64,000 nt of DNA, from the NCBI RefSeq assembly GCF_963921235.1, contig NC_086097.1, forward strand, positions 87,732,001 through 87,796,000, in the 5' to 3' direction. The translations under genes and the position numbers were made by a program. Numbering within the stretch: position 1 is the stretch's first letter; each line of letters begins with the position of its first letter. The stretch comes from Mobula hypostoma (lineage: Eukaryota). The notes under the pieces are model-generated. The model saw nothing but the letters and a program-made list of their open reading frames with translations. It had not been told where the DNA came from and ran no database searches. Below are positions 51,220-64,000 of the stretch, in pieces.

Positions 51220-51650
51220 CAGGTCATGTTATCCTCTCACTGCTGCACCAGGAAGAAGCTACAGGCAGGAACCTCAGGACTCACACCACCAGGTTCAGGA
51301 GCAGATATTAAGCCATCAAGCTCTTGAACCAAAGGGGATAACTTCACTCAACTTTACTTGTCCCATCACTGAACTGTTCCCACAACCTATGGACTCCCAT
51401 TCAAGGACTTGTCATCTCATGTTCTCAATATTGATTGTTTATTTATTTACTATTCTTTTCCTTTTTTTTCCTTCTGTATTTGCAGTTTGTGTTTTTTTTT
51501 GCACACAGGTTGTCCTCCGTTTTGGGTGTAGGTTTTCATTGACTCTTTTATGGTAATCGGTCTTATTGAGTATGCCTGCAAGCAAGTGAATCTCAGTGTT
51601 GTATATGGTGACATATATGTACTTTGATAATAAATTTACTTTGAACTTTG
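51220..51650 (+). mobile_element. Rex-Babar-like LINE 3' end
   Basis: CACCACCAGGTTCAGGA..., tail TACTTTGATAATAAATTTACTTTGAACTTTG; reverse complement of 19362-19790. Confidence 0.75.
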
Positions 51651-54429
51651 CACATCTTCTGTAGCTCAATGACCATATAAACTCTCTGAAAGTTTAACTC
51701 GGGCCTGTTGCTCATCCTCTACATCATTTGTGGCAATGAGTCCAACTCCAAAAGCTGTGAATATCAGAGTTCACTCCTTAAGCTCTCCTTTCAATCTTCC
51801 CTTTTCCCTGACAAGTTGCCGCCTATGTTAATGAATACTTTTGGTTATTGTCCTGAAGTCTTCTTTTGTCTGGGGTCAAGTTTATTGTTGACCGATGCTC
51901 CTGTGAAGCACCTTGGGCATTTTTTTCCATGACTAAGTGTTTTAATAACAAAAGTTATTATGCTTTTGGCATCAGAATATATTTGCAATTATGTCTTGGT
52001 GTGTTAAATCCCAACTATTGTGTTACATACCCCTGGTTTAATTTTTAATTCCAAAGTCTATAAATTTCTTTAATTAAGTACAAAACAGCCTGCTTCACCA
52101 GATTCCATGTCAAGCATAGTTTGATCCCATGTACGTGAGCTTTGCAGTATGTAGATGAAATGTGCAGGGGCAAAAACGAATGTACTCCTTAATTTTCTAT
52201 CCCTGCGAAACCTGAATCAATTTGTCTTGACTTCTACAAGACCTATTCTGGCTGATAAATTATCTATGAAGTGTTTAAAAGATTTCCTGTAAAAGATTTA
52301 ATGCAAGAATAACTAATTAATTAATCAGCCCTTAAAAACATATGCAGTCATTTCATGCTAGTATTTTGCAGTCAGTGCAAAATTACCCATTGTTGTTTCA
52401 TACTCGTGGCAATAAATCACAATTGGTTTTAATGCCTTAAGCCATGAATAATATGTATGCATCTGTGCACAATTTATAATTTACAAAAAGTTAATCTTCT
52501 ACTGTACATTCCATTTGAGTTGAGATTACTTGTGTGAGTTAAGTTCTACTATTGCCTAGCAAAATACCTTTAATTTCAACTCTTAACCTACCTTGAAATA
52601 ATGACTGTAAGAAAGAATCATTTGGCACATTTTGGAGACTGGAGCACAACTTGATGCTTCACTGTATATAATCCTATTTTTAGTTTTGGTTCTAAACGAC
52701 AATAAAAGAGGACTGTGTTCTCATAATCTAAACCTAAAGATAGAAGTTCTACCTTGCATTTGTATAGCATCAATACCCTATTTGTAATGGTACACATGCT
52801 TCAAAGGAAGTCCCTTCAATGGATATCCTTCCTTCTCTTCAACTCTTGATGGTGCTTTCTGGTTTATCATTTGCCTTCTTGCCACGAGGCAGTGTTAGAT
52901 CTATTTATCTTCTTCAACTTCAGCATATGTAAGAAGTTTTTATCCATTTAGGGAAAAAGTCACATGGTGTTCCAACAGAGTGTCAACCTTTGGTGAGAAA
53001 GAGAGAGCGGAGTGGTTGGCCAATAGCTTATTTGAAGAGGTTATTTAGAAATCTTCAGGCTCCTGTACATCCTGTCTGATGGCAGCAATAAGATGGTGGG
53101 GTTCTTGAGAATGGATGTTGCCTTCCTGGAATATTACTTCTTGAATATTACCATTCAATCTGGAAATAGACATTTTTTGGATGCAAGGCACAGGAAAAAT
53201 AAGTGTTATGCATTTGAATTTTTTCCATTCTTACTCATAGAAAATAATGCTAGAGCATTACCAACTAAATCACAGATGATGCTAAATGAAATATGAGATG
53301 TATAATTAACACCATTATTTCACTGAGCAGGTTAATTTATCTTAGAATTTCAACTTTCACTTCATTTTGAGGTACGTTTGGAATATTTAAAACTATTCGA
53401 ATACAAAACCACGCAGAGTGTCAAAAGCTAAAATGTACCAAAAGCTATTAACTTATAATGTTCTGTATGTGTTTTCCAGGATGTTTGTATATCGAGGCCA
53501 GTTTGGAAATTTTATGTAACTTTACATTGGAATGGTTTGATGTGCCCCAAACATGCTTTGAACTGATGGCTTAGATTTTGAAGGTCTAGGAAGAAGCAGC
53601 TTGTTGAAAGCAATCATGGTGTTAACTGTAGTTTTCTATAATTATAGGTGATAGTCTTGACTGTGACTCAGTTGATAACACTCCTGTCTCCAAGTATGGA
53701 GGTTCAGGTATCAAATTGTATTCCAGAACATAGATCATAAAACCTCTGTTGAAACTCCAGTGCATTGGTAGGGAGTGCTTCACCACTGGATGTACCAGCT
53801 GTCCCATGGGCCACTTACTGAAATCTGGAGGCATATGTACAAATGTATGCGGTCCATAAATATTCTTCCAATTTCCTGCACTTTATTCTTCCTTTAAAAT
53901 TTATTGGAAATCACAGGCCTTGATGAATGATTTTAACAATTCACATAAATTCATAGCTGCTGAAGTCACATTTTAGTGTTTAAAAACAACTATTTTACAC
54001 ATTAATGACAATCCATTCCATCAAAATAACAATTGTATCTTTAATAACATTAATCATGATTTTATTTTGAAACATTTTTCAGTAATCTACTCTTATATTT
54101 AAATCCCAGGTTTCCTTTATGTTTGAATAAAGTGGGCTTAAATACAATTTCTTTTTGGGATTTGCTCTTTGAAAATTCTGAATCCGATTATGTTTTCAGC
54201 AAACATGTTATCGCAGCTGTGTAGTGTCACAGATGCCCAATGGAAGATACAGGGCTGTAAGTCAGTTTGATGAAAGGAAAATAAATGTCAGAAAGACCAT
54301 CACCTATTTCCTGCTGAGTACAAAATCAAAGCAAATATGTATACACCACTTATATTTGGTTTTCCATGTTACAACACTGGCTCTGGTATTTAGTAAAATA
54401 CTGAGATTGTATTTAGTAAGACAGCTTTA

Positions 54430-54656
54430 AAGCCTTCAAATAACCTAAAGCACTTTCAGCCAATGACTTTGTGTAAATACATTTTATGAAATTAATATTT
54501 TTAAAAAAACATGGCAGCCAACTTATGCTCAGCAAAGTCTCAGGCAATATAAGAATGACCAAATAATATATCCCTGATGATTGATAGATGAAGGTTGGTC
54601 AGGACCCTAGGGAAATTCATACCTCTAAGAAAATGCCCTTGGATCATTTACATCCA
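54430..54656 (-). mobile_element. Ancient Deu-domain SINE fragment
   Basis: AAAGCACTTTCAGCCAATGA...GGCAGCCAACTT..CAGCAA...GTTGGTCAGGAC...TGCCCTTGGATCATTTACATCCAC. Confidence 0.5.
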
Positions 54657-55385
54657 CGTAAGGGTAACCCCCCCTGGCTAGCCTCAGGGTTGCTCGGCTC
54701 GCTGTTGTCTAGGGAAACAGCCCTCGGCCCCACCAAACTGGGTAATTAGTTTGTGTGGATGCTGTGTGATGTACCCCACCCCGCCCAAATAACAGACAAT
54801 ACACCAGATACGATTAAATGATTTACAGTTTATAGATATTACTGGAACTATATAATTAATAGAGAATAAAATATAAAAGGAAAATAAAAGGCGCCACACT
54901 GATCAAAGTTCAATCTCTTCGTGCACAAACAGTTGGAGCTCAGGACCCTCCTCCTTCACTCTGCGATCCCCTCGGACCACCTCGACCTGCCACCTGGGAC
55001 CAACAACGGTGGTCGACCAGACGCTCCACACGAGTCCATCTCCGTCTCCTCTCCTTGCCGAATACCCTGGACCTCAGACTCCTGCTCGGGGTCCGACCCT
55101 GTTAGCGGTCTCACAGCACCTGATCCATCCTCTGTCTCTCTCTCCCACCTTCTCCCCAAAAACCCGCACATCACAATATCTGACAGACACACAGAAAGCA
55201 TAACAACTATCCCAATAGGTTCGTAACACCTTTTTATAAGTAACATGATCCAAACAAACTACTAGCGGGAGGACTTTCTCAGCAGTTAACATAACAAAGG
55301 AGCCCTTTCAATTATGTCATAACAAAGAAACCATTTTAATTAGACTTTTTTATGCAGTGACATAAAAAAAAAGAAGCCCCTTACA
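54657..55385 (-). mobile_element. Probable solo LTR
   Basis: Inverted termini (C)GTAAGGG / CCCTTACA; CpG-rich interior; minus-strand TATAAAA near 55235; no clean TSD found. Confidence 0.55.
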
Positions 55386-55499
55386 TAAGGCATGTGGGTT
55401 CTGCCAAAGCGCACACACTCAGAATTACATTAATTATCACTGACATATGTTTCCAATTTTGTTGCTTTGTGGCAGGACTATAGAGCAAGGCAGAAAAAT

Positions 55500-56612
55500 C
55501 ACTAAGTAAAAATAAATAAATAGTGCGAAAGATGATTAGCGAGGTAGATATTGGAAGAAAGGGATAGACCATGAGATTAAGATGAACCCATGGACTGTTC
55601 AGAAGTCTGATGGCAGAGAAGAAGCTGTTCCTAGAATGTTGAGTATGAGTCTTCAGACTCCTGTACTTCCTCCCTGATGGTAGTAATGAGGAGAGGGTAA
55701 GTCCCCGGTGATGAGGGTCCTTAATGCCTTATTGAGACACGGCCTTTTGAAAATATCCTCAATAGCTAGGAGGCCTGTGCCCATGATGGAACTGCTGAGT
55801 CTACGACCAGCTGCAGCTTCTTGAGATCCCAGCTTCAATAGCAGTTGGTGATACAGCCAGCCAAATACTCTACACTGTACATCTGTAGAAATTTGCAACA
55901 GTCTTTGGTGGCCTAACAAATCTCCTCAAACTGCTAATGAAATCTAGCCGCTGGCATGCATTCTTTATAATTGCATCAGTGTGTTGGGCCTAGAATAGTT
56001 CTCCAGGGATGTTGATATTAAGGAACTTGAAGCTGCTCACCTTTTCCACTGTTGAACCTTTCGACGAGGACTGGTGTGTGTTCTCTCAACTTACGGAAGT
56101 CCATAATCACTTCTTTGCTCTTGCTGAAATTCAAGGTTATTTTTGTGGCACCACTCTTCCAAACGAGCTGTCGTATTCTTATGCACTTCCTTATCACCAT
56201 CTGAGAACTTGCCAATGACACGAGGTGTCATCAGCAAATTTATGCATGACATTTGAGTTGTGCTTAGCTACACAGTCCCGAGTATAGAGTGGGTAGAGCA
56301 GTGAGCATGCATTCTTGAGGTGCACTTGTGCTGAATGTCAACGGAGGAGATGTTCTTACTGATTCACACTGACCCAGATTCTGAAGCTTGTTGATTAGCA
56401 GCGAACAGCAATCTGTAATCAATAAACAGCATCTTGATGTGTCTATTACTGTTGTGCAGCTGGTCCAACCCAAGATGAGAGCCATTGAATCTGCGTCCAC
56501 TGTAGACCTATTATGGCAGTAGACAGATTGCAGTAGGTCCAGGTCCTTGCTCCAGGAAGGAGGTAATTCTAACCATGATCAACCTTTCAAACACTTCTTC
56601 ACAGTAGATGTA
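55500..56612 (-). mobile_element. Rex-Babar-like LINE fragment
   Basis: Minus-strand LNFSKSKEVIMDFRK; colinear with 60330-61540. Confidence 0.7.
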
Positions 56613-58296
56613 AGGGCTTTATTTTACACACATGTACTTTGGTTGCATGGTCAAATTTCACAAGATTGGCTGTGCACAGTCAAGAGTGACTGCTTTAAAG
56701 TGGTAAACTAATCTTTTTTGCATTGGTCTATATGGCTCTTTTATGTTCATATACTTTTTCATTGAACCATCACAAAGAAACTTAAAGCCTTTTCAGAAGC
56801 AATCTGTTGAAAGTGGAAAATATACTTGACAGATGTCAAGATATGAAAAAAGTGAGGTACCTGCTCATGCCAGGACGTCCATACTCACTGTGTTCTAAAA
56901 AAAAATACTGGAAGAAAATAACTTTCCTTTCAATCATGAAACAGGCGTCGACAGATGCTAGCTTTGAAAGGCAGTGCGGAGCCTGGTACAGGAAATACTA
57001 TGGAATGGGATTAACCATGACAAGAAACTCCATTCCATTGTGTCCTGCTTAAAAAAAAAATGGCAGTGTCACCATTCAGTAAGTCAGAGCTGATCTGATC
57101 TTGGCCTTGATTCCACTTTCTCATCCTTTCCCCATAACCTTTGACTCACCTAAACCTTGGATATATTAAATTATTCAGACTCCAGTGCTCCCTATGATAG
57201 ATTCATAATTTCCGCAGGATGTTCTTCCTTAATATCTCAAATAATCAGGTGTTCCCTTGTCCAGAAATTTATGTTCTCAATTTCTTGACAAGAACATCTA
57301 CCTTATCAAACCTTCTCAGAATCTTACCTTTTTCAGTAAGATCTCTCTTTCTTCTAAATGCCAGTGAGTGTGGGCCCAACTTATTCACTTGTTTTTCATG
57401 AGATAGCCTGCTAGCTCCAAGAAATTTGTCTAAACCATGTCCAATGTCACTGTATCCCTCAAAGAGATCAAAAATTTACACAGTACTCCACTTGCAGTAT
57501 CACTAGAATCCTATATGGTTGGAGTTCCTGCTTTTCTGCTACTTTTCAAATAAGGTTAGCATTTAAGTGGTCTTCCTCGTTACTTGCTGTACCTGAAAGC
57601 TAAGTTTGCAAGGAACACACAGATACCTCGGGATAGCAACATCTTGCATGTTTTGCCTGAAAAGGCAAAGGCTTCCTCATTGTCACAACTTATTCCTAAA
57701 TGATATCTTCAAGCCTTTTCATTTCTGCAGGTATCTAGGTACAAGAAAGCTAAATACTGTATAGCATGTCCTTAATTCTTCACTTCCTTTTACATTGCAT
57801 ATCAACATTTAAACATTTTGTTTCTGTCCTTAAGGATAGAGATGAGAAGAACAAACAGAATAAAACTGATTATTATTTGGTTGTTATTGGGGAAATGTCA
57901 ATTTTGATCAGATCATATATTGCTTGGCTGTCTCTTTCTCTTGAGCCATCCATCAGGAGATTTAAAATGATCAAATGGTAATGTTGTTAGAATGACTTTT
58001 TAAATTTTGCAACTCTTTCTTAATAATGATCTAAGCTATTAATTGCTACAGTATGTAGTGTATAAGTTTTGAGGTTTCCCTGTAGGACGGGCTTAGTTTT
58101 AAATCTGTTAACTGTTGACTGTGATACTTTTGAAATGAACTTTCCTTGAGGGGAAAATCTGCAAAGATATCCTCCCATGTTACAGGTTATAGTATTCTGA
58201 CCAGGAACCTTAAGCTATTTGGATTTTGTCCTAATAAGTGTACATGAAACACCCTTTTTGAAGTCTGGGACAGTATATTCTTTCAATTTTATTTAT

Positions 58297-58480
58297 TGAT
58301 ACAGCACAGAGTAGGGCCTTTCGACACTTAGAGCGGCGTAACCCCAGCAATGCCCAGTACCTCTGATTGAACCCTAACCTAATCACAGGATAATTTACAA
58401 TGACCATTTAACCTACCCAGTCTGTCTTTGGACAGTGGGAGGAAGCCAGAGCACCTGGAGAAAGCCCATGCATTCCACAG
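58297..58480 (-). mobile_element. V-SINE 3' part
   Basis: GTCTTTGGACAGTGGGAGGAAGCCAGAGCACCTGGAGAAAGCCCATGC is the reverse complement of the V-domain. Confidence 0.7.
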
Positions 58481-58573
58481 TAGTTCAGTTGAATGAAATT
58501 ATGATTATTGTTATACTTGTAATGTTGAACAATAAAAAGGTCTCTTAAAGAGGGCTACTCATCCACTTGTATT

Positions 58574-59251
58574 AGATTAGATTATGAGAACGATCAGTCC
58601 TCTTTTATTGTCATTTAGAAATGCATACATGCATTAAGAAATGATACAATGTTCCTCCAGAGTGATATCACAGAGAACAGGACAAACCAAAGACTAACAC
58701 TGACAGAAACACATAATTATAACATATGGTTACAGCAGTGCAAAACAATACCATAATTTGATAAAGAACAGACCATGGGCACGGTAAAAAAAAAAGTCTC
58801 AAGTCCCCAGTCGACTCCCGAGTCCCCAATAGCAGGCGGCAAAAGGGAGAAACTCCCTGCCATAAGCCTCCAAGGCACCGACAACTGCTGATGCCTTGGA
58901 AGCAGCCGACACCGAGTCCGTCCATCCGAAAAGTTTGAGCCTCTGACCAGACCCTCTGATACAGCCTCCCGAGTGCCATCCACTGCCGAGCGCCTTCGAC
59001 CTAACCCTGGCCGCCGAAACAAACAAAGCCGAGGATTTGGGGCCTTCTGCTCCGGAGATTCCGGTTACCACACAGTAGCAGCAGCGGCGAAGCGGGCATT
59101 TCAGAAGTTTCTCCAGATGTTCCTTCATACTCTCATGTCTGTCTCCATCAAATCGGAATTGTGCACGGTCCCCTACTTGACAGATTACGGATATCATTCA
59201 CCGGAGAGGCCGCGCGTGCTGCGTCGCGCTGCCATCTTCTCCTCCTCCTCC
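58574..59251 (-). mobile_element. Non-coding, non-autonomous retroelement with (TCTAA)n tail and long flanking direct repeat
   Basis: Minus strand starts GGAGGAGGAGGAGAAGATGGCAGCGCG and ends AATAAAAG..TCATAATCTAATCT; 35-bp direct repeat at 58539-58573 and 59258-59292. Confidence 0.75.
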
Positions 59252-59504
59252 TTTAAGGGTCTCTTAAAGAGGGCTATTCGTCTGTTTGTATTGGTACAGA
59301 ATCACAATAGCTTAAGGGTCTTGGTATGTGATCAGGTTTTATCAATAACAACAATATTTTTGTGCTTTCTTTTTTCTGTAAGGAAGTAAAAGTTTAGAAC
59401 TGTGTTACTGAAGTTGTGAGGGATTATTAATTCTATGCAGAGAAATTTCAGTGTTCCAGAAGCACACAACTGGTCTTTAGGAACAGGATTTAATTAAGTA
59501 GGCA

Positions 59505-59762
59505 TATTAGCATGGTGGTTAGCACAATATTTTACAGTACAAGCGGCCCGGGTTCAATTCCCGCCGCTGTACATTCTCTCCGTGACCTGGTGGGTTTCTT
59601 CCAGCTGCTCCAGTTTCCTCCCACAGTCCAAAGACGTACAGGTTGGCAGATCACTTGATCATTGTAAATAGTCCCATGATTAGACTAGGGTTAAATGAGG
59701 GGTTGCTGGGTGGTGTGGCTCAAAGAGCCGGGAAGGTCTATTCCGTGCTGTAACTCAATTAA
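59505..59762 (+). mobile_element. tRNA-derived V-SINE
   Basis: B box GGTTCAATTCCC; V-domain TTCCTCCCACAGTCCAAAGACGTAC. Confidence 0.8.
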
Positions 59763-60237
59763 ATTTACAAATCTTTGAGTTTCCTGCAAGGGGATGGAGT
59801 GCATGAGGGAAGCCACGGGTCAGATAGCAACACTGTAACCTGGACCACCGGTTACCTGATATTGATTAACATACAAGTTATTAAAGAATTTGTGCTCTTG
59901 TCCTAGAAGGACCATTAATTTAGTATTGTTTTTCACACTTGTGCAGTGGTAACTCCAAAAGGAAATAGCACTGCTTGCACCCAGTCAAATAATTTCCCCA
60001 GCAGGCTTTTTGCATTATCTTAAAATACATGTTTTCTGTATTACCATGGATGTGACAGGTTATTTGGAACTGTTTTGCTTTCTCACTCAGCTTTTATATT
60101 TTTATGGTCTTTCCTCCATTCACTCATTAAAGGAATCAATCTATTCCCATATCTAGTAAAAAGTTTGTGTTTATTCTTAATGCATGCATCAGTAAAGTTA
60201 ACTCCCCTCATCCAAACCAAGTGAAAATAATCCTGGA

Positions 60238-61800
60238 TCAGGTTTATTTTCATTGGCATGTGTCATGAAATGTTGCTTTGTGACAGCTGTACAGAGCAAT
60301 ACATAATCACTATAAATTACAATAAGAATGTCTAAAAAGTGAGTAAATAGTGCTGGAAGAGCGCAAAATAGTTAGGCAGTATTCATGGACTGATGATGGA
60401 GGGGAAGAAGCTGTTCCTGAAATGTTGAGTATGTTCCTTCAGTCTTCCCTACCTCTTCATTGATGGTAGTAATGAGAAGAGGGCATGTCCTGGATGGTGA
60501 GGTTCCTTCACGATAGGCATTGCATTCTTGAGGCCTTGCCTTTTGAAGATGTTCTCCATGGTGTGAAGTTCAGTGGCCATGATGGAACCTTTTGAAAATG
60601 TTCTCGATGGTGGGGAGTTTAGTGCCCACCATGGAACTGGATGAATTTACAACTCTCTTGCAGCTTTTTCCTATCCTGTGCATTGGCGCCTCTATACCAG
60701 ACGGTAATGCGACCAGTCGGGATATTCTCCATGGCACAGCTGTAGAAATTTGCTGGAGCCTCTGCTGACATACCAGATCATCTCAAACTCCTAATGAAAT
60801 AGAGCAGGTGGCATGGCACCTCAACAATTGCTTCAGTGCGTTAGGCCCATGATAGATCTACAGAGGTGTTAACGTGCAGGAATTTGAAGCTGCTCACCTT
60901 TTCCACTGCTGACCCGTCGATAAGAGTGGCTTTGTGTACTTCAGATGTCCTGTTTCTGAAATCCACAATCAGTTCCTTGGTTTTAGTGATGTTGAGTGCA
61001 AGAGTAGTGTTGCAACGTCACTCTGCAGCTGATTGATCTCACTCCTGTTTGCCTGCTTATCACCATCTGAGGTTCTGCCAGCAATAGTTATGTCATCAGT
61101 GAATTTAAAGATGACATTCGAGCTCTGTCTAGCCACACTGTCATGAATGTAGAGGGAGTACAGCTCTGGGGTAAGCATGTATCCTTGAAAAACACCAGTG
61201 TTGATCGTCAGGGAGGAGGAGATGTTATTTCCGATTCGCACTGACTGTAGTCTCCCAATGAGGAAGTCAAGGATTAATTTGCAGAGGGAGGTACTGAAAC
61301 AGGGTTTTGAAGCTTGTTGATTAGAACTGAGGGTATGATGATGTTGAACGCTGAACTGTAATCACTAAACGGCAGCATGACAAAGGTGGTCCATGGCTAG
61401 GTAGGGAGCCAGAGAGATTGCATCTGATGTAGACCTGTTGTGGCAGTAGGCAGATTGCAGCAGGTCCAGGTCCTTGCTCAATCAGTAGTTAATTCTAGCC
61501 ATGACCCATCTCTCAGAGCATTTCTACTCAGTATATGTGAGAGCTACTGGGCGACAGCTCACGCTACTCTTCCTGGGTTGATGCCCTTTTGAAGAAGGTT
61601 GGAACCTTCAGCTGCAGTACCGAGAGACTGAAGATGTCCTTAAACACGCTCACCAGTTAGTTGGTACAGGTTAGAGTGCCCTGCCAGGTACCCCGTCAGG
61701 GCCTGATGCCTTGCAAGGGTTCACCCTCTTGAAAGATGTTCCGATGTTGGCTTCTTGAGACGGGTATATAAGGTCGCCAGATACTGCAGAGATTCTCACA
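60238..61800 (-). mobile_element. Rex-Babar-like LINE RT and 3' region
   Basis: Minus-strand [24 protein letters not shown]...[11 protein letters not shown] (RT), with 3' UTR and tail near 60240. Confidence 0.85.
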
Positions 61801-61801
61801 G

Positions 61802-62955
61802 GTGATCTACATGGATTTTAGTAAGACATTTGACAAGGTTCCACACGGTAGAATTATTCAGAAAGTCAGAAGGCATGGGGTCCAGGGAAGTTTGGCCAGG
61901 TGGATTCAGAATTGGTTTGCCTGCAGAAGGCAGAGGGTCATGGTGGAGGGAGTACATTCAGATTGGAAGATTGTGACTAGTGGTGTCCCACAAGGATCTG
62001 TTCTGGGACCTCTACTTTTCGTGATTTTTTTTATTAACGACCTGGATGTGGGGGTAGAAGGGTGGGTTGGCAAGTTTGTAGACGACACAAAGGTTGGTGG
62101 TGTTGTAGATAGTGTAGAGGATTGTCGAAGATTGCAGAGAGACATTGATAGGATGCAGAAGTGGGCTGAGAAGTGGCAGGTGGAGTTCAACCCAGAGAAG
62201 TGTGAGGTGGTACACTTTGGAAGGACAAACTCCAAGGCAGAGTACAAAGTAAATGGCAGGATACTTGGTAGTGTGGAGGAGCAGAGGGATCTGGGAGTAC
62301 ATGTCCACAGATCCCGGAAAGCTGCCTCACAGGTAGATAGGGTAGTTAAGAAAGCTTATGGGGTGTTAGCTTTCATAAGTCGAGGGATAGAGTTTAAGAG
62401 TCGCAATGTAATGATGCAGCTTTGTAAAACTCTGGTTAGGCCACACTTGGAGTACTGTGTCCAGTTCTGGTCACCTCACTATAGGAAGGATGTGGAAGCA
62501 TTGGAAAGGGTACAGAGGAGATTTACCAGGATGCTGCCTGGTTTAGAAAGAGATTAAGGGAGCTAGGGCTTTACTCTTTGGAGAGAAGGAGGATGAGAGG
62601 AGACATGATAGAGGTGTACAAGATAATAAGAGGAATAGATAGAGTGGATAGCCAGCGCCTCTTCCCCAGGGCACCACTGCTCAATACAAGAGGACATGGC
62701 TTTAAGGTAAGGGGTGGGAAGTTCAAGGGGGATATTAGAAGAAGGTTTTTTACTCAGAGAGTGGTTGGTGCGTGGAATGCACTGCCTGAGTCAGTGGTGG
62801 AGGCAGATACACTAGTGAAGTTTAAGAGACTACTAGACAGGTATATGGAGGAATTTAAGGTGGGGGGCTTATATGGGAGGCAGGGTTTGAGGGTCAGCAC
62901 AACATTGTGGGCCGAAGGGCCTGTACTGTGCTGTATTATTCTATGTTCTATGTTC
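61802..62955 (+). mobile_element. CR1 LINE 3' part (RT C-half)
   Basis: YMDFSKTFDKV, SGVPQGSVLGP, FVDDTK, LVRPHLEYCVQFWSP; (TTCTATG)n tail. Confidence 0.92.
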
Positions 62956-63132
62956 CAAATTTCCCTATCACGCACTGACTTTTGAAATTACCTATATTTG
63001 TTATTCCAATTCATAATTCAATTAAAATGTCAATTAAAGTGTTGTCCACAATGTAAGCTGAAAAGTTTTCCTATTTTGTCTTGGCATGCTTTGGCAGGGC
63101 AGGTTTTAGAATGGCTCTAAATTTCCAGGAAG

Positions 63133-63530
63133 AATTTCAATATTTGAGACAGATATTTCCCACAACAACTGATGCCAAAATATAAAAAAGCTTTTTTGTT
63201 GGTCCACAAATCAAACAGCTCATGAATGAGAGGCAATTTGAAGAAATTCTAGTGGGACAGGTGAAAATTGCATGGAAGGCAATCAAAGATGACGGTGAAA
63301 ATTTTCTTGGCAACTTCAGAGCACCAAACTACACGCAGATGGTTGACAACATGCTTCAAGCATACAAAACCATAAAGTGCAAAGATTAATTCTCTGCATT
63401 CCCATTTAGACTTCTTCCCTTTAAATCTTGGCACTGACAGCGATGAGCATGGCGAAAGGTTTCACCATGACATTGTGTTCATGGAGAAACAGTATCAGGG
63501 CAATTGGAATCCATCCATGCTGGCTGATTA
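63133..63530 (+). pseudogene. DNA transposase C-terminal relic, Chapaev3 (CMC)-like
   Basis: Hand translation: FQYLRQIFP..DAKI*..FVGPQIKQLM, AWKAIK..ENFLGN.RAPNY..MVDNML, LHSHLDFFPLNLG.DSDEHGERFHHDI..MEKQYQG.W.PSMLADY. Confidence 0.7.
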
Positions 63531-64000
63531 TAAGAGTCGCGATGTAATGATGCAGCTCTGTAAAACTCTGGTTAGGCCACACTTGGAGTACTGTGTCCAG
63601 TTCTGGTCACCTCACTATAGGAAGGATGTGGAAGCATTGGAAAGGGTACAGAGGAGATTTACCAGGATGCTGCCTGGTTTAGAGAGTATACATTGCGATC
63701 AGAGATTAAGGGAGCTAGGGCTAACTCTTTGGAGAGAAGGAGGGTGAGAGGAGACATGATAGAGGTGTACAAGATAATAAGAGGAATGGATAGAGTGGAT
63801 AGGCCGCGCCTCTTCCCCAGGGCACCACTGCTCAATACAAGAGGACATGGCTTTAAGGTAAGGGGTGGGAAGTTCAAGGGGGATATTAGAAGAAGGTTTT
63901 TTACTCAGAGAGTGGTTGGTGCGTGGAATGCACTGCCTGAGTCAGTGGTGGAGGCAGATACACTAGTGAAGTTTAAGAGACTTAAGGTGGGGGGCTTATA
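63531..64000 (+). mobile_element. CR1 LINE 3' fragment inserted in the transposase relic; runs to the window end
   Basis: Nearly identical to 62396-62875. Confidence 0.9.

Noticed and set aside
51005..51556. 183-aa His/Thr-rich ORF
   Set aside because: Produced by a (CA)n microsatellite plus a LINE 3' end
60540..60640. Diverged ~49-bp tandem duplication
   Set aside because: An old local duplication within a dead LINE fragment with no sign of function
48749..64000. Next SIPA1L1 coding exon (expected to start near EHWNYFG)
   Set aside because: No matching translation was seen; it probably lies beyond the window
1..64000. CRISPR array, operon or prokaryotic defence system
   Set aside because: No regularly spaced repeat-spacer array and no gene-dense prokaryotic organisation; all RT ORFs are vertebrate non-LTR or Penelope types

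Overview
Eukaryotic, repeat-dense vertebrate DNA. The repeat repertoire (many CR1 LINEs, V-SINE/HE1-like SINEs, Deu-domain SINEs, Penelope relics) suggests a cartilaginous fish; this is inference. The only host gene evidence is the large first coding exon of SIPA1L1 (SPAR1, a Rap GAP) on the + strand: acceptor AG at 46912-46913, ATG at 47177, donor GT at 48699. The rest of the window is most likely intron of that gene. It holds a near-intact full-length L1, a young CR1 with an uninterrupted RT ORF, several truncated CR1 and Rex-Babar LINEs, and a Penelope element split by a Tigger element. It also holds two divergently oriented Tigger/pogo elements, a hAT-Charlie element, a Harbinger-type element, a Gypsy-type solo LTR, a Chapaev3-like transposase relic, and several SINEs. 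The most unusual signals are: (i) Penelope-derived palindromic mini-elements, some carrying decayed hammerhead-ribozyme cores; (ii) a ~110-bp-arm hairpin inside both Tigger copies with compensatory base changes; (iii) promoter-plus-tail non-autonomous retroelements with no Pol III head; (iv) a cascade of uORFs in the SIPA1L1 leader, the last overlapping the start codon. Family names come from motif recognition, not database searches. Most short ORFs in the track are spurious. Boundaries of old repeats are approximate.
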